Positions 42,252 to 55,464 of a stretch of 64,000 nt of DNA are shown here, one piece after another. Position 1 is the stretch's first letter. Each line of letters begins with the position of its first letter. This DNA comes from an uncultured Holophagales bacterium (GTDB lineage Bacteria > Acidobacteriota > Thermoanaerobaculia > Multivoradales > UBA5704), in contig CAWJGT010000034.1 in NCBI GenBank assembly GCA_963842525.1, positions 416,001-480,000 on the forward strand, in the 5' to 3' direction. A program made the translations under genes and the position numbers. The notes below the pieces were generated by a model, which was not told where the DNA came from, ran no database searches, and saw only the letters and a program-made list of their open reading frames with translations.

Positions 42252-43076
42252 CTACAGAGGAAGGAGCCGGTAGGGCGGGCTCTTCAAGGTCTCGCCGCGG
42301 CGGGCGACGACGAGGGTGTTGCCCCAGGCACGGCGCCAGAGGGGGACCAGACGCAGGGCCTTGCGGAAGAGGCCTCGGAGGCCGCCGGGATCGGGACGGT
42401 GTGGCAGGGTCCGGTGCTCCAGGATCTCCAGGCCGGCTGCGCGCAGGAAACGGACCATCTGCCAGGACTGGGCCACATGGACCGCATCCGCGTCGGGTAC
42501 ATATCCTTCGGTCAGGACCCGCGGCTCGCGGACGGTGTCGAAACGGTGCCGCCGGTCAACGACCGAGACGATCTGGCGGCCGAGGCGGCGGACCGCGACC
42601 TCCACGCGGCGGCCCGGGTCGAGGCTCGGCGGCATCTCGTAAGGGAGATCCCAGGCCGAGCCCACCAGCAGGAGGAGGCCGCCGGGGCGGACGATGCGCG
42701 CAGCTTCGAGCAGGGTCCTGCCCGGCTCGCTGAAGTGCTCCAGGGCAAACGTCGAAAGAACCGCGTCGACGCTCCCGGAGGCAAACGGGAGGCTCTCGCC
42801 ATCTCCGCGCACGCGCAGCCCGGGCCTCCCCCACTCCCCCGCCATGACCAGGGCCGCGGTCGAGACGTCGAAGCCGACGTAACGGCAGACCTCCGGCATC
42901 CAGAGCGCGTTCTCGCACGAGCCGCAGCCGAGATCGACGACCCGTTGGCCCGGCCGCAGATAGCCGAGCAGAAGCTGCCGCTCCGGCGAGGCCTCCGGGT
43001 TGGCTGCCGCAGCCCGTTCGTAGTAGTCGCGGCTCCCGTCCCAGAAGGCGGACAGCCGCCGGCGGGTGTCGAGACC
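42252..43076 (-). CDS. Class I SAM-dependent methyltransferase; probable start codon separated by a REP-like insertion
   Basis: Frame extends upstream of 42899: GLDTRRRLSAFWDG...RVVDLGCGS...GFDVS...GDGESLPFASGSVDAV...LEH...RIVRPGG; in-frame TGA at 43077-43079 inside the repeat. Confidence 0.78.
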   Translation of the reverse strand, partial: GLDTRRRLSAFWDGSRDYYERAAAANPEASPERQLLLGYLRPGQRVVDLGCGSCENALWMPEVCRYVGFDVSTAALVMAGEWGRPGLRVRGDGESLPFASGSVDAVLSTFALEHFSEPGRTLLEAARIVRPGGLLLLVGSAWDLPYEMPPSLDPGRRVEVAVRRLGRQIVSVVDRRHRFDTVREPRVLTEGYVPDADAVHVAQSWQMVRFLRAAGLEILEHRTLPHRPDPGGLRGLFRKALRLVPLWRRAWGNTLVVARRGETLKSPPYRLLPL

Positions 43077-43321
43077 TCACCCCCTGTCCCCCTCTCCCAT
43101 CGCCCCCCCACCGACCGGGAGAGGGGGGACGGCTTTCCGGGAGGTCATCGAAGCGTCCCGCGCCCCGGGTTGACAACAGGCTCTTCTGAGCCCGGAGGGC
43201 GCCATCTGGTAGCCCAGGGTGTGAACCCTGGGCGTCTTTCGACCTCGAACAGAGGCTCCGCCTGCGTCCCCCCTCTCCCGGTCGGGGGGAGGGCGATGGG
43301 AGAGGGGGACAGGGGGTGAGG

Positions 43322-43323
<2 letters not shown>
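43073..43323. repeat. Composite REP-like element with about 59-bp inverted arms and an internal palindrome
   Basis: GACCTCACCCCCTGTCCCCCTCTCCCATCGCCC...GGGAGAGGGGGGACG (43073-43131) is inverted at 43265-43323; central GCCCAGGGT-gtga-ACCCTGGGC (43212-43233). Confidence 0.85.
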
Positions 43324-46063
<2,740 letters not shown>

Positions 46064-46163
46064 TGCATCCTCCGTTCCGCCTGAACCGACCAGCGCATCC
46101 GGGGTGGAGACTACCAAAGATCCTCCCCTCTGGCCGCTCGGCCTCAGGGGACGGGATCAACCA

Positions 46164-47858
46164 TCACCGCGGCGGCTTGTTGCGCCAGACCCGCCAGTCG
46201 TCGTTGATCAGGATGCTCAGGACCAGGATGAAGCCGCAGGCGGCGGCCAGCAGGAAGAGGACCATCGCGAGGCCGGGATAGCCGAAGATCGTGAAGCTCG
46301 TGCGCACCTGCATCATCAGCGATGCGCCGACGATCAATGCCGCGAGCACCAGGCCGGACGAGATCCGGTTGGCGATCTTCTGCAGGTTGCTCATCAGGCG
46401 CGTCTCGTCCAGGGCATTGACCTTGATCGCCAGCTTGTTGTTGGCCAGCGCTTCCAGGAACGAGTTGAGCCGGCCCGGGAGTTGCTGGACGAAGTCGTAC
46501 ATGTCCAGCGTCGAGGAGAAGACGGCGCTCGGCGAGAAGCGCTTCATCATGTGGCGGCGCAGGAGCGTGTCGCTGTACTGCCGCACGAGCCGGTTGGGAT
46601 CGAGCTCGGGATCGAGGGTGCGCGCGACCTCGTCGAGGTGCAGCAGGGCCTTGCCGAGCATGGTCAGCTCAGGGGCAGGGCGGACCCCGTTCTCGGCCGC
46701 GTGGCGGGACATCCCCAGGATGATGCGCCCGACCTTGACATGTGCGGCCGTCACGCCCTGATAGGAGCCCACGAGGTCGGCCACCTCCCGCCGGAAGCGC
46801 TCCTCGTCGACCAGTCCCTCGATCGGCGTGCCGATCTGCAGGGCGACCTGGGCCGCCTCCTGCCCGCGGCCATCGGAGATGGCGAGCAGGAGCTTGAGCA
46901 GACGCTCCTGCATCTGCGGGTCGATGCGGGCAACCATGCCCAGGTCGAGCAGTGCCAGCCGGCCGTCGTCCGTGATGAAGACGTTGCCGGGGTGCGGGTC
47001 GGCATGGAGGAAGCCGTCGACCAGGATCTGGTCCAGGTAGGCCCGGCACAGCTCCTCGGCCAGGGCGTGGCCGTCGATGTCGATGCGGGCGAGCGGCGAG
47101 AGGTCGGTGATCTTGGTCCCCCTCACATACTCCATGGTAAGCACGCGCGAGGTCGTATAGTCGTCGACGGGCTGCGGGACCACCAGGCGCTTGTATTCCT
47201 CGAGGTTCTTGCCCAGCGTCACCAGGTTGGCGGCTTCGCGGCGGTAGTCGAGCTCGCGCAGCAGGGTCTTCCGGAACTCCTCCACCATGTTCCCGAAACC
47301 GAGCCGGCGCCCCATCTCCGTGTGGCGTTCGAGGAGGCCCGCGATCTCCGCAAAGGCCTCGAGGTCCTCCAGGATCACCTGTCGGATGTCGGGCCGCTGC
47401 ACCTTGACCGCGACCTGCCGGCCGTCGCGCAGGGCGGCGCGGTGCACCTGGCCCAGGGAGGCCGCCGCCAGGGGCACGTGGTCGAAGTCGGAAAAAGCCT
47501 TGGACAGACGCACGCCCAGCTCGGAGGTGACGATCTCCTCGACTTCCGCGAAGGAGAAGGGCTCGACCTTGTCCTGGAGACGGGCGAGCGCCTCCAGATA
47601 AGGGGCCGGCAGGAGGTCGGAGCGGGTCGACAGGAGCTGTCCCAGCTTGATGAAGGTCGGCCCGAGCGCTTCGAGGTCGCTGGCGAGCTCTAAAGGATCG
47701 GGCCCCCCTTCGATCAGCTCAGCGACCTCGTCCTCCGGCAGCGCCTCGTCGGCCTGGACCACCTTCGCCAGGTCCGCGCGCCCGAACTTCAAGAGCAGGC
47801 GGGCAATGTCCTTGTACCGCTTCAGATGCGCTGGCTTGAGGGAAAGAGAAGAGACCAT
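46164..47858 (-). CDS. ABC1/AarF/UbiB-family atypical kinase
   Basis: LGPTFIKLGQ, AAASLGQVH, VAVKVQRP, ELDYRREA, HADPHPGN, LLDLGM; two C-terminal TM helices. Confidence 0.93.
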   Translation of the reverse strand: MVSSLSLKPAHLKRYKDIARLLLKFGRADLAKVVQADEALPEDEVAELIEGGPDPLELASDLEALGPTFIKLGQLLSTRSDLLPAPYLEALARLQDKVEPFSFAEVEEIVTSELGVRLSKAFSDFDHVPLAAASLGQVHRAALRDGRQVAVKVQRPDIRQVILEDLEAFAEIAGLLERHTEMGRRLGFGNMVEEFRKTLLRELDYRREAANLVTLGKNLEEYKRLVVPQPVDDYTTSRVLTMEYVRGTKITDLSPLARIDIDGHALAEELCRAYLDQILVDGFLHADPHPGNVFITDDGRLALLDLGMVARIDPQMQERLLKLLLAISDGRGQEAAQVALQIGTPIEGLVDEERFRREVADLVGSYQGVTAAHVKVGRIILGMSRHAAENGVRPAPELTMLGKALLHLDEVARTLDPELDPNRLVRQYSDTLLRRHMMKRFSPSAVFSSTLDMYDFVQQLPGRLNSFLEALANNKLAIKVNALDETRLMSNLQKIANRISSGLVLAALIVGASLMMQVRTSFTIFGYPGLAMVLFLLAAACGFILVLSILINDDWRVWRNKPPR

Positions 47859-47881
47859 GGTTTCCTCGTCTCCCCCGCGCG

Positions 47882-47897
47882 TGCAAGTCTTCGGCCA
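47882..47897 (-). promoter_or_regulatory. Candidate sigma54 promoter of the ABC1 kinase gene
   Basis: Minus strand TGGCCGAAGACTTGCA, GG-N10-GC. Confidence 0.62.
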
Positions 47898-47912
47898 GGT
47901 TAGACTTCAGGG

Positions 47913-48674
47913 ATGCTCCCCCTGGCCGGCCTCCGCGTCGTGATCACCCGGGCCGCCCATCAATCCGAAGGCACGGCCGCGGCTTTCCAAGCGGCGGGTG
48001 CCACGGTCGAGCTCCTGCCTCTGCTGGAGGTCGTGCCCCCGGCCGATCCCCGGCCGCTGGAGCGGGCGGCCTCGGAGCTGGCCCTTTATGACTGGCTGGT
48101 CTTCACCTCGGCCAACGCGGTCGACGCCTTCCTGCCGCTGACCGGCGGAGCCCTCCCCCACCGCCTGCGCACGGCCGTGGTGGGGCCGGCGACCGCCGAG
48201 GCCCTGCGCGCTTTCGAGATCGAGCCCCACCTGATCGCGGCCCGGGCTGACGCCGAGGGGCTGGCGGCGGAGCTGGCCCCGTACGTGGACCGCCGCCGTC
48301 GGGTCCTCCTCCCCCAGGCGGCCGACGCGCGGCCGGTCCTGGCCGAGGAGCTGGCGCGCGCCGGCGCCGAGGCGGTGACGGTCGTCGCCTATGACAAGGG
48401 GCTGCCCGCGGACGCCCCCCGGCGCGCCGCGGAGCTGTTCGATGCAGACCCTATCGGCTGGGTGACCTTCACCAGCCCGCGGATCGCCCGCTCCTTCGCC
48501 AAGCTGTTCGGGGCAGACTGGGAGCGGCGGCGGCCCGAGCTGCGTGCCGCCTCGATTGGACCGGTCACCAGCGCCGAGCTGCGGCGGCAGGGGGTCGAGC
48601 CTGCCGCCGAGGCTGCGGAGCCGGGGGATGAAGGGTTGGTCGAGGCGGTGGTGCGGACGGTGCGGAGCGGTTGA
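47913..48674 (+). CDS. hemD: Uroporphyrinogen-III synthase
   Basis: LAGLRVVITRA, YDWLVFTSANAV, VVGPATAEAL, VTFTSP, SIGPVTS. Confidence 0.9.
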   Translation: MLPLAGLRVVITRAAHQSEGTAAAFQAAGATVELLPLLEVVPPADPRPLERAASELALYDWLVFTSANAVDAFLPLTGGALPHRLRTAVVGPATAEALRAFEIEPHLIAARADAEGLAAELAPYVDRRRRVLLPQAADARPVLAEELARAGAEAVTVVAYDKGLPADAPRRAAELFDADPIGWVTFTSPRIARSFAKLFGADWERRRPELRAASIGPVTSAELRRQGVEPAAEAAEPGDEGLVEAVVRTVRSG

Positions 48675-48735
48675 TTACGCTTCGGCGTTCTCGGGGATAC
48701 CCTCGGTCTGGTCCTCCTCGGCCGAGCTGTCCGCG

Positions 48736-50946
48736 TTACTCCTCCGGGCAGGGGATGACGTCTCCAGCCTGGAAGACGGCCGCTTGACTGCGAGCGCTTT
48801 CCACGTGGTCGCGGCCATCCCGGTCCCAGGTGACCGCTGCCCGATTGCTCACCTCGCCTTCAAGCACGTCGAGGACGGCGACGATGGTGATCGTCACCAC
48901 CTCTCCCTCTGGAGGCAGCGATCCGCTCCAGCGGACCGTGCGCGCGACGGCATCGGCGGTGGCGGTCCCGCGGTCGGCGCTGGCCGTGACCACGGAGACC
49001 TCGGGCGGCAGGAGATCCAGGAGCTGCGCCGGAGTCTCCGGCACCTGGGAGACCGCATCGGAGAGGGAGAGAGTGTAGACCACGGTGCTGCCGTCGTCCG
49101 TGCAGACCTCCTTGGTGATCACGACACTGCACGCACGTTCGTCGTCCCCGTTCTCAGCGGGATTGGAACGGACGATGCCGTCGAAACGAGGGTCCTCGCT
49201 CACGGACTGCACGGCGACTTCGAAGGGCTGCGGCCCGTCGCAGAGCGCATCGTCCTCGCCTCTGACCTGGACCGTCCGGGTGAGCTCCTGGTCCCCGGCC
49301 GCGAACGTCAACTGGCTGGGTGAGACAGTCCCCTCCGTCGGATCCGTGGAAGTGAAAGACACGGTGACTGCCGCAGACGGCGAAGCGCTCAGTCTCACTT
49401 CCACTGTCGCGGAGGTTCCGTCTTCCCGGGTTGTCAGCGGCCCGGGTGTCACGACGAGATAGGTGTTGTCGTCGATCGTCACCCTGTGGAGGGTCGGTGT
49501 CCTGCCGCCGGCCGGGAACCGCGGCAGGAGCCGCACCGTGAAGGTCTCGGCCCCCTCGCCCTCGTCGTCGGACACAATTGGCACCGCGATGCGGAGCCGC
49601 GTCTCACTGGCCGGAATCGTATATGTGGATTCCGGTGGCACGAAATCTTCGAGGGGCGTTGCTGTGCGCACCTCTTCTTCCGGCGGACAGATCTCGAGGT
49701 CGAACGTAACCGGAGACGTTCCTCCGGGAGGCCTGATGACAACGATGTCCAGCGCGGCGGTCGCGGCCGACTCCAGGACGACGCTCGCGGGGCGCTCGAA
49801 GCCGACCTGCACCGCGGCCTCGAACCGGTACGCCGCACCGGCTCCGCCGTCCTCGCGAAAGGCGCCGACGACCACCATGCCGTCGTCGATTGCCACCGAG
49901 AAGCCGAATTCGGCGCCGGCTTTCAGCGGCGGCGGCAGCTCTTGCGAGCCGCCGGCCATCCCATGGACATAGGCGGCGCCACGCCTTTCACCATGGGCGT
50001 ACCGCGCTCCGATCACCGCGGTCGTGCCGTCGAGAGCGACCGCGACGCCGAGCTGATCCCCCACCTCGCCCACCCGGACCGGCTGGGCGACCAACTCCCA
50101 ACTCGTGCCCGAGCGCTCGAACCGGTAGACAGCCCCCGCATCCGTGCCGCCCCGGTCCGCCAGGGGCGCGCCCACCAGGATCCGGCCGGCGTCGATGGCC
50201 ACCGAGTAGCCGAACGCCGCCTCAGCCTCCAGCTCCGGAGGGAGCCGAAGAGGGACCGGGCTGCGTGGAGAGCCATCGGCTCCCAGCTCGACAACGTACG
50301 CTACGCCCGGGGAGCCGCTGCCGCGATAGGGAACGGGAGCCCCCATCACCAGCGTCGAGCCGCTCAGGGCGACGGACTGCCCCAGCTCGGCCCGCTCTGC
50401 CAGGCGGTCAGGTGGCGGAACCGCCCGGAGGGACCCTTCAGCTCCGACATAGACCCGGCCACGCCCGGAGGCCGCTCCGCGCGCACCGATCGCCAGGATG
50501 TTTCCGTTGATCGCAACCGAAGAGCCGATCTCGTCGTCCGGCAGGGCGCCGGCTATCGCGAGCCGCCGCAGGCTTCTCAGACTCCCGTCTTGCTGCAACT
50601 CGATCAGATACGCGGCTCCCGTACGCTCGGCGCTGGGCGCTCCCACGAGCAGCCGGTTCCCATCCATCGCCAGATCGAACCCAAACCATCCATCGGCAGC
50701 GGGTCCGGGAATCGTCGTGACTGGAGCACAGCCGGAGGATCCATCCCGGTGGAAGAGATACACGACGTTCTTGCGATAGGCGCCGATCGCGATCCAGTCC
50801 GACCCCACTGCCACCGCGGAGCCGAATTCGTCGCCGTGCACAAGATCGGCCGGGCAGAGCGGGTTTGTCGCCACCCAGTCCTGGCCTGCGACCGGCGTGC
50901 CGGTCAGGAGCAGCAAGAAAAAGCCCGTCGCCAGGGTGCGGCTCAT
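48736..50946 (-). CDS. Secreted FG-GAP beta-propeller protein with Calx-beta/cadherin-like C-terminal domains
   Basis: Signal peptide; about 7 FGxSVA..VGA..GAxY repeats; IVSDDEGEGAETFTVRL (Calx-beta); LSASPSAAVTV..EGTVSPSQLTF. Confidence 0.85.
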   Translation of the reverse strand: MSRTLATGFFLLLLTGTPVAGQDWVATNPLCPADLVHGDEFGSAVAVGSDWIAIGAYRKNVVYLFHRDGSSGCAPVTTIPGPAADGWFGFDLAMDGNRLLVGAPSAERTGAAYLIELQQDGSLRSLRRLAIAGALPDDEIGSSVAINGNILAIGARGAASGRGRVYVGAEGSLRAVPPPDRLAERAELGQSVALSGSTLVMGAPVPYRGSGSPGVAYVVELGADGSPRSPVPLRLPPELEAEAAFGYSVAIDAGRILVGAPLADRGGTDAGAVYRFERSGTSWELVAQPVRVGEVGDQLGVAVALDGTTAVIGARYAHGERRGAAYVHGMAGGSQELPPPLKAGAEFGFSVAIDDGMVVVGAFREDGGAGAAYRFEAAVQVGFERPASVVLESAATAALDIVVIRPPGGTSPVTFDLEICPPEEEVRTATPLEDFVPPESTYTIPASETRLRIAVPIVSDDEGEGAETFTVRLLPRFPAGGRTPTLHRVTIDDNTYLVVTPGPLTTREDGTSATVEVRLSASPSAAVTVSFTSTDPTEGTVSPSQLTFAAGDQELTRTVQVRGEDDALCDGPQPFEVAVQSVSEDPRFDGIVRSNPAENGDDERACSVVITKEVCTDDGSTVVYTLSLSDAVSQVPETPAQLLDLLPPEVSVVTASADRGTATADAVARTVRWSGSLPPEGEVVTITIVAVLDVLEGEVSNRAAVTWDRDGRDHVESARSQAAVFQAGDVIPCPEE

Positions 50947-53273
50947 CGGTTTTCTCTCGGCAACGTGAACACGGTGATCCGGTCCCCCCGTTTATTGCCA
51001 GGGCTTGTAGCCACTGCGAAGCCGGAGGAAAGAGCGACCGAGGAACCAAAGCCATCGTCCTTCTGCGGCTTCAGCGCCAGGATCTCCGTCCACACCTGGC
51101 TGTTCCGGTCAAAAAGGAAGGCGCGGCCGGAACCGTCGGAGTCTTGAGCGCCCACCGCTAGCCAGTCAGCGCGCGGTGACAACGCCACGGAGGCACCGAG
51201 GCTGTGGGCTTCCGAGATTGTTGGTAAAGGAAGAGGCACCTCTTGCCATGCCCTGCCCCCGCCGGTCTCTTCGAACAAGTAGGCGGCGCCGATTCCACCG
51301 TTCGAGCCTGGCGCGCCCACTGCGAGCATCCCGAGCATCCCTTTGGCGACCGAGACCGAAGAGCCGAACCGGGATGATGCGGCGCCCTCCAGCTTTTGCG
51401 GCAACAAAACCCATTTCTGAGGATCGCGGACCGCGAGGTAGACGGCACCCACCTTACCGTTCTCGCCGGGCGCGCCGATGGCCAGCACTCCGTTCGAGAG
51501 CGAAACCGAGGCCCCGAAAGCGTTGGACGGGGATCCGAACGTGAGGGAGCCAGGCTGTATCCACTCTTTGCCGATCTTCTCCGCGACGTAGACGGCGCCG
51601 GGGTCGATGCCGCGTGGGGCCCCTATTGCCAAGGCATCGCCTACGATGGCGACGGAGGTCCCGAACACCTCCCCCAGCGCCGGAAGTTTCGGATCGAACG
51701 GTTCCTCGAGTTCCCAGGAGCCCCCCTGTCGGGAATAGAGAAAGACAACACCGTTGTGGTTGCCACCGTGAAAGCCTTTCGGTGCCCCGACAGCCAGGCG
51801 CAGGCGCTCTTCGTCCAGGGCGACCGACGAACCGAAGCCGTCGAGGGGATCGTCCGAGGTCAGCCGCGCCTCCTGCCGCCAGCCGTTCCCGGCCTTCCGG
51901 TATATATAGACCGCGCCGTGGACGCCGTCTTTGCGGGGCGACCCGATGGCCAGGTAGTTCTCCGTCACGGCCACGGAGACGCCGAACTGCACAGCCATGG
52001 GATCGTCGCGGGCCAATGCTTCGGCTTCTTCCATACAGGCGTCCGGGGCCGGGCAGCGGAAAGACCAGGCTGCCCCGGCGGCACTGTCTCCCTGATCGCC
52101 AAGCACGCCCCCGACGGCTACGCGCTCACCAGAGATCGCCACGGCGAAGCCGCTGAGGTCGCGGACCTCCGAGTTTCCCGGCACCAGAGGCGCCACGGCC
52201 TGCTCGACCCAGGAGGCTCCCGCGCGCCGGAACACGTGGATACCACCGGTGCCGTCGCCCGGAGGCGGCGCGGGAGCACCAACGACCAAGAGGTCTCCGG
52301 AGAGGGCCAACGAGTAGCCGAGTTGGTCATGCTCGCCGACCTGCGGCGCTTCCACGAGACTTCCAGAACCCCATCTTCCATCCTGTTGCGCAAAGACGTA
52401 GACAGCCCCGGAATTGCCCCCCCTCACGTCGGCCGTTGGCGCGCCGGCCGCGATCTCTCCATCCGCCAGAGCGACAGCGAACCCGAGCTGGTCCCCTGCG
52501 AGCTCCGCCAGAGCCCCGGGTGAGGAGGCTGCGCTCTCAAGCGAGAGAAGGGGCTTCTGCTTCCAAGTGCCGGCTTCGAAGAGATACACCGCTCCGGCAT
52601 CGGCCGCCTCACGATGAGGACCGAGATCGCGGCCCGGCGCACCTACGGCGAGAAGCTTGCCTTCCAAAGCCACGGCGGAGCCGAACCGCTCGCCCTCCTG
52701 CGGAGCCTGCGGCCGGATTATCTTTCGGAAGTCCCAAGTGCTCACGCCATAGAGGTAGACCGCGCCTGCCGTCCCCCCATGGGCTCCGAAAGCTCCTACT
52801 GCCAGGCGGCCTCCTCCGAGCGCCAGCGATCGCCCGAACGATCGAGCCCCGTGACTCTTCCCCGTCAGCCGCTTCTGCAGGACCCAGCCGCCGACCTGCT
52901 TCACAAAGACGTAGACCGCTCCTTCGCCGGGCGCCCCGGCCGCGAGGACGTTGCCGCGGAGGGCCAGGGAAAATCCAAGCTGTGCTCCCGGTGGACCGGC
53001 AAGCAGCTTGTCGGTTTGCTCCCAGGTCGTCCCGGACCATTCGAAGAGGTAGACGGCCCCGGCGTCGTGATCACCTTCGAGATGAGCGCCCATGGCCAGC
53101 CGGTCGCCGTCCACGGCCACGGCATAGCCGCGCTGGGCGTTGACGCTGGGCGCGGCTGGAAAGAGCTCGGTTGCCTTGTACGGCGGACCGGTTACCAAGT
53201 CGGTGGCTGGAAGAGTCGCCGCGGCGAGCGCCAGGACAGCGAGGGCGGCAGGACGGAGACGTAGGAGCCTCAT
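50943..53273 (-). CDS. Secreted FG-GAP repeat protein (about two propellers)
   Basis: Signal peptide; about 14 FGxSVALxG..LAVGAP..GAVY repeats. Confidence 0.87.
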   Translation of the reverse strand: MRLLRLRPAALAVLALAAATLPATDLVTGPPYKATELFPAAPSVNAQRGYAVAVDGDRLAMGAHLEGDHDAGAVYLFEWSGTTWEQTDKLLAGPPGAQLGFSLALRGNVLAAGAPGEGAVYVFVKQVGGWVLQKRLTGKSHGARSFGRSLALGGGRLAVGAFGAHGGTAGAVYLYGVSTWDFRKIIRPQAPQEGERFGSAVALEGKLLAVGAPGRDLGPHREAADAGAVYLFEAGTWKQKPLLSLESAASSPGALAELAGDQLGFAVALADGEIAAGAPTADVRGGNSGAVYVFAQQDGRWGSGSLVEAPQVGEHDQLGYSLALSGDLLVVGAPAPPPGDGTGGIHVFRRAGASWVEQAVAPLVPGNSEVRDLSGFAVAISGERVAVGGVLGDQGDSAAGAAWSFRCPAPDACMEEAEALARDDPMAVQFGVSVAVTENYLAIGSPRKDGVHGAVYIYRKAGNGWRQEARLTSDDPLDGFGSSVALDEERLRLAVGAPKGFHGGNHNGVVFLYSRQGGSWELEEPFDPKLPALGEVFGTSVAIVGDALAIGAPRGIDPGAVYVAEKIGKEWIQPGSLTFGSPSNAFGASVSLSNGVLAIGAPGENGKVGAVYLAVRDPQKWVLLPQKLEGAASSRFGSSVSVAKGMLGMLAVGAPGSNGGIGAAYLFEETGGGRAWQEVPLPLPTISEAHSLGASVALSPRADWLAVGAQDSDGSGRAFLFDRNSQVWTEILALKPQKDDGFGSSVALSSGFAVATSPGNKRGDRITVFTLPRENR

Positions 53274-53280
53274 GACGTTT

Positions 53281-53989
53281 CTAGTTCGGAAGGTCCAGGC
53301 GGAGGTTCAGATTGGGTGGATCCGGAGGCAGGAGCCCATCGAAGTCGGGCGGCCCTAATGGTCCACCGTTCGGAGGTATCGGTGCTGGAGGCGTGGGAGG
53401 TCGGCCGATTTCGATTCGGGTCCACTCCCCGGCAACGACCTCAATCCGGTCCCCAACCTTGGGCTCGATCTCCACCCGCCCCTCAGTGACCGCCACCGTG
53501 GTGGTCCCGGTCCGGCGGTCCACCTTGACATAGACTGCGGTCCCCAGGAGCCGGATCTTCTCCCCACCCGGGGGTTCGATCCAATACTCGCCTGCCGCCG
53601 GTATGGGCCCTGTAGGTCTGAAGATAATCCCGAGCATTCCGAACGCCATCTTCCAGCTCATCGTGGGTTTGAGCCCCCGCGCCCGGTCCACCACGTATTC
53701 GGTGAAGACCACCTCAGTGTTCGGTCCGAGGAGCACCATCCCCTCCTTGTTGGGCTCCAGGGCATTGACGGTGATTTCCGCTCCGGCCCACCGCCGCGTC
53801 CTGACACGCATGCCGCGGACGACCTCGTCCCCTTTCTTGAGGCCCTTCAGTGCCTTCTCAAGAGGCCCCTGGCCCTCTACGTCAGGCTTGACCCCTGCCA
53901 CCTCTCCCACCGAACGCTCGTCCTGGGCGGACAGCTCGAGAGCGGTCCCGAGGAAAAGCAGAACGAAGAAGGGGAGCTCGAAGACACAT
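53281..53989 (-). CDS. FecR-like domain protein; probable frameshift in the signal peptide
   Basis: LGPNTEV, IRLLGTAVYV, TTTVAVTEGRVEI, Pro-rich tail; the hydrophobic FFVLLFLGTALELSA is in frame, while ATG 53989 is in an adjacent frame. Confidence 0.75.
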
Positions 53990-53991
53990 GA

Positions 53992-55395
53992 TCAGAAGAT
54001 CCAGCGCAGCCCCAGGGAAAGGATGGTCCTCTCATAGTCCAGCAGCGGCGAGCCGGGCAAAAGCTCCACGTTCGAATCGCGCCGGACGTATGTCCCCCGG
54101 GCCGTCCAGAAAAGGTGATCCGTCGATTTCCAGAGGGCCGCGGCGCCGGCCCGCCAGGTGGTGTCGTCGCGCGGCGGGCCGAAAGGGTCTCCCACGTTCG
54201 ACTCCGGGTGTTCGTATTCGTCCTTGCGCAGGGCGCCGAAGAGCGACAGCGCCCAGCGTCCGGAGAGGGGAGCCGCGGCTTCGGCGCTGGCCTCGATGAA
54301 CGAAGCCGCGAAGCTACGGTCCGCCTCGCTGATGCCATAGGCGGCTCCCAGCCGGAGATAGCGGTCCCGGCGGCCGAAGAAGAAGAGCTGGTCCGCGGCC
54401 ACGGAAGCCTCGTCCTCGTTGCCGCGGCGCAACGCTCCGCCCGCGCCGCCCGAGTAATCCCGCCCGCGCAGCACAGCGGCCAGCCGGGTTTCCGTGCGTG
54501 CAGCCTGGCGAGCGATCACCGAAGCCGCCGCCTCCCAAGAGGTCAGGAAATCTTCGTTCCCCAGCCGCCCGTAAAGACCACCTCCCTGCAAAAGGAACGT
54601 GAGACCGCGGCCGGCCGGCACACGCACGTTTCCGAGCGGACCCGCGGCGATCCCACCGGGGTCGTGCCCCCAGGCCAGCGAGGCGGTGCCTCGCGCCAAC
54701 GAGAGGTCCGTCTCAGCGAGATCCGGGTGCATGGACTGGTGCCCCTGGACGTTCCATCCAAGCGTCCAGCCGCCGCGGTCCCAGACCGGCAGGTGATCGA
54801 TACGGAAGCCCAGCAGGGCCGCGGCGTCACCAGGAACGTCGCCCAGAGCCACTCCGGAAACCGGGATGTCGAGGTCTTCGGCCAGCAGGCCCGGATTCGA
54901 ATCGTACGCAGATTCCAGGGCGATCTCCCCCTCCCAACGCGGCGGGTCGCCAGGGAACCGGATCTTCAGGAGGCCGGCCGGCTCCGGAATGTCCGGCAGC
55001 CCCACGCCGCGCTCCAGGCTCTTCCGCACCCGGCGCAGCTCCGACCGCACCCGCCGCCGCCCGGAAACCGGCGGACGCTCCGCCGCAAGGCTCTGCTCCA
55101 GACGGGCCACTGCATTGGTGCCGCGCCCCTTGCGGAGATGGGCGATGGCCAGCCAGTGCAGATAGGTCCCCTCCGCCGGATCGTTGCGGACCGCCTCCTC
55201 GAACAGGCCGGCGGCCTCCTCGTAGCGTTCGTGGTGAAAGGCCACGACCCCATGAGCGAAGGCCACCCGGGCCACGGCGCGGCTTTCCTGGGCACAGACC
55301 GGCAAGCCGGCCGCCAGCGCCAGCGCGGCACAGAGAGCGGCTTTCCGAAGAACAAAGCGCCCCCAGCAGGCGGGTGGTTCTCTTTCGGTTCTCAT
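53992..55395 (-). CDS. TPR plus outer-membrane beta-barrel protein (DUF560/Slam-like)
   Basis: Signal peptide; N-terminal TPRs; AYDSNP after the TPRs; amphipathic strands; RDSN...YERTILSLGLRWIF with terminal Phe. Confidence 0.72.
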   Translation of the reverse strand: MRTEREPPACWGRFVLRKAALCAALALAAGLPVCAQESRAVARVAFAHGVVAFHHERYEEAAGLFEEAVRNDPAEGTYLHWLAIAHLRKGRGTNAVARLEQSLAAERPPVSGRRRVRSELRRVRKSLERGVGLPDIPEPAGLLKIRFPGDPPRWEGEIALESAYDSNPGLLAEDLDIPVSGVALGDVPGDAAALLGFRIDHLPVWDRGGWTLGWNVQGHQSMHPDLAETDLSLARGTASLAWGHDPGGIAAGPLGNVRVPAGRGLTFLLQGGGLYGRLGNEDFLTSWEAAASVIARQAARTETRLAAVLRGRDYSGGAGGALRRGNEDEASVAADQLFFFGRRDRYLRLGAAYGISEADRSFAASFIEASAEAAAPLSGRWALSLFGALRKDEYEHPESNVGDPFGPPRDDTTWRAGAAALWKSTDHLFWTARGTYVRRDSNVELLPGSPLLDYERTILSLGLRWIF

Positions 55396-55464
55396 GGTAC
55401 TGCTATATTATGGCAGAGTCTCCCGAAATATTTCCCGGGGGGGATCCTGCTCGGGACTCGCGAC

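Noticed and set aside
54115-55464. N-terminal 450 aa of the 1094-aa ORF 54115..57399
   Set aside because: Antisense to the TPR/barrel gene; real coding starts at the DUF4062 motif (GTG 55465).
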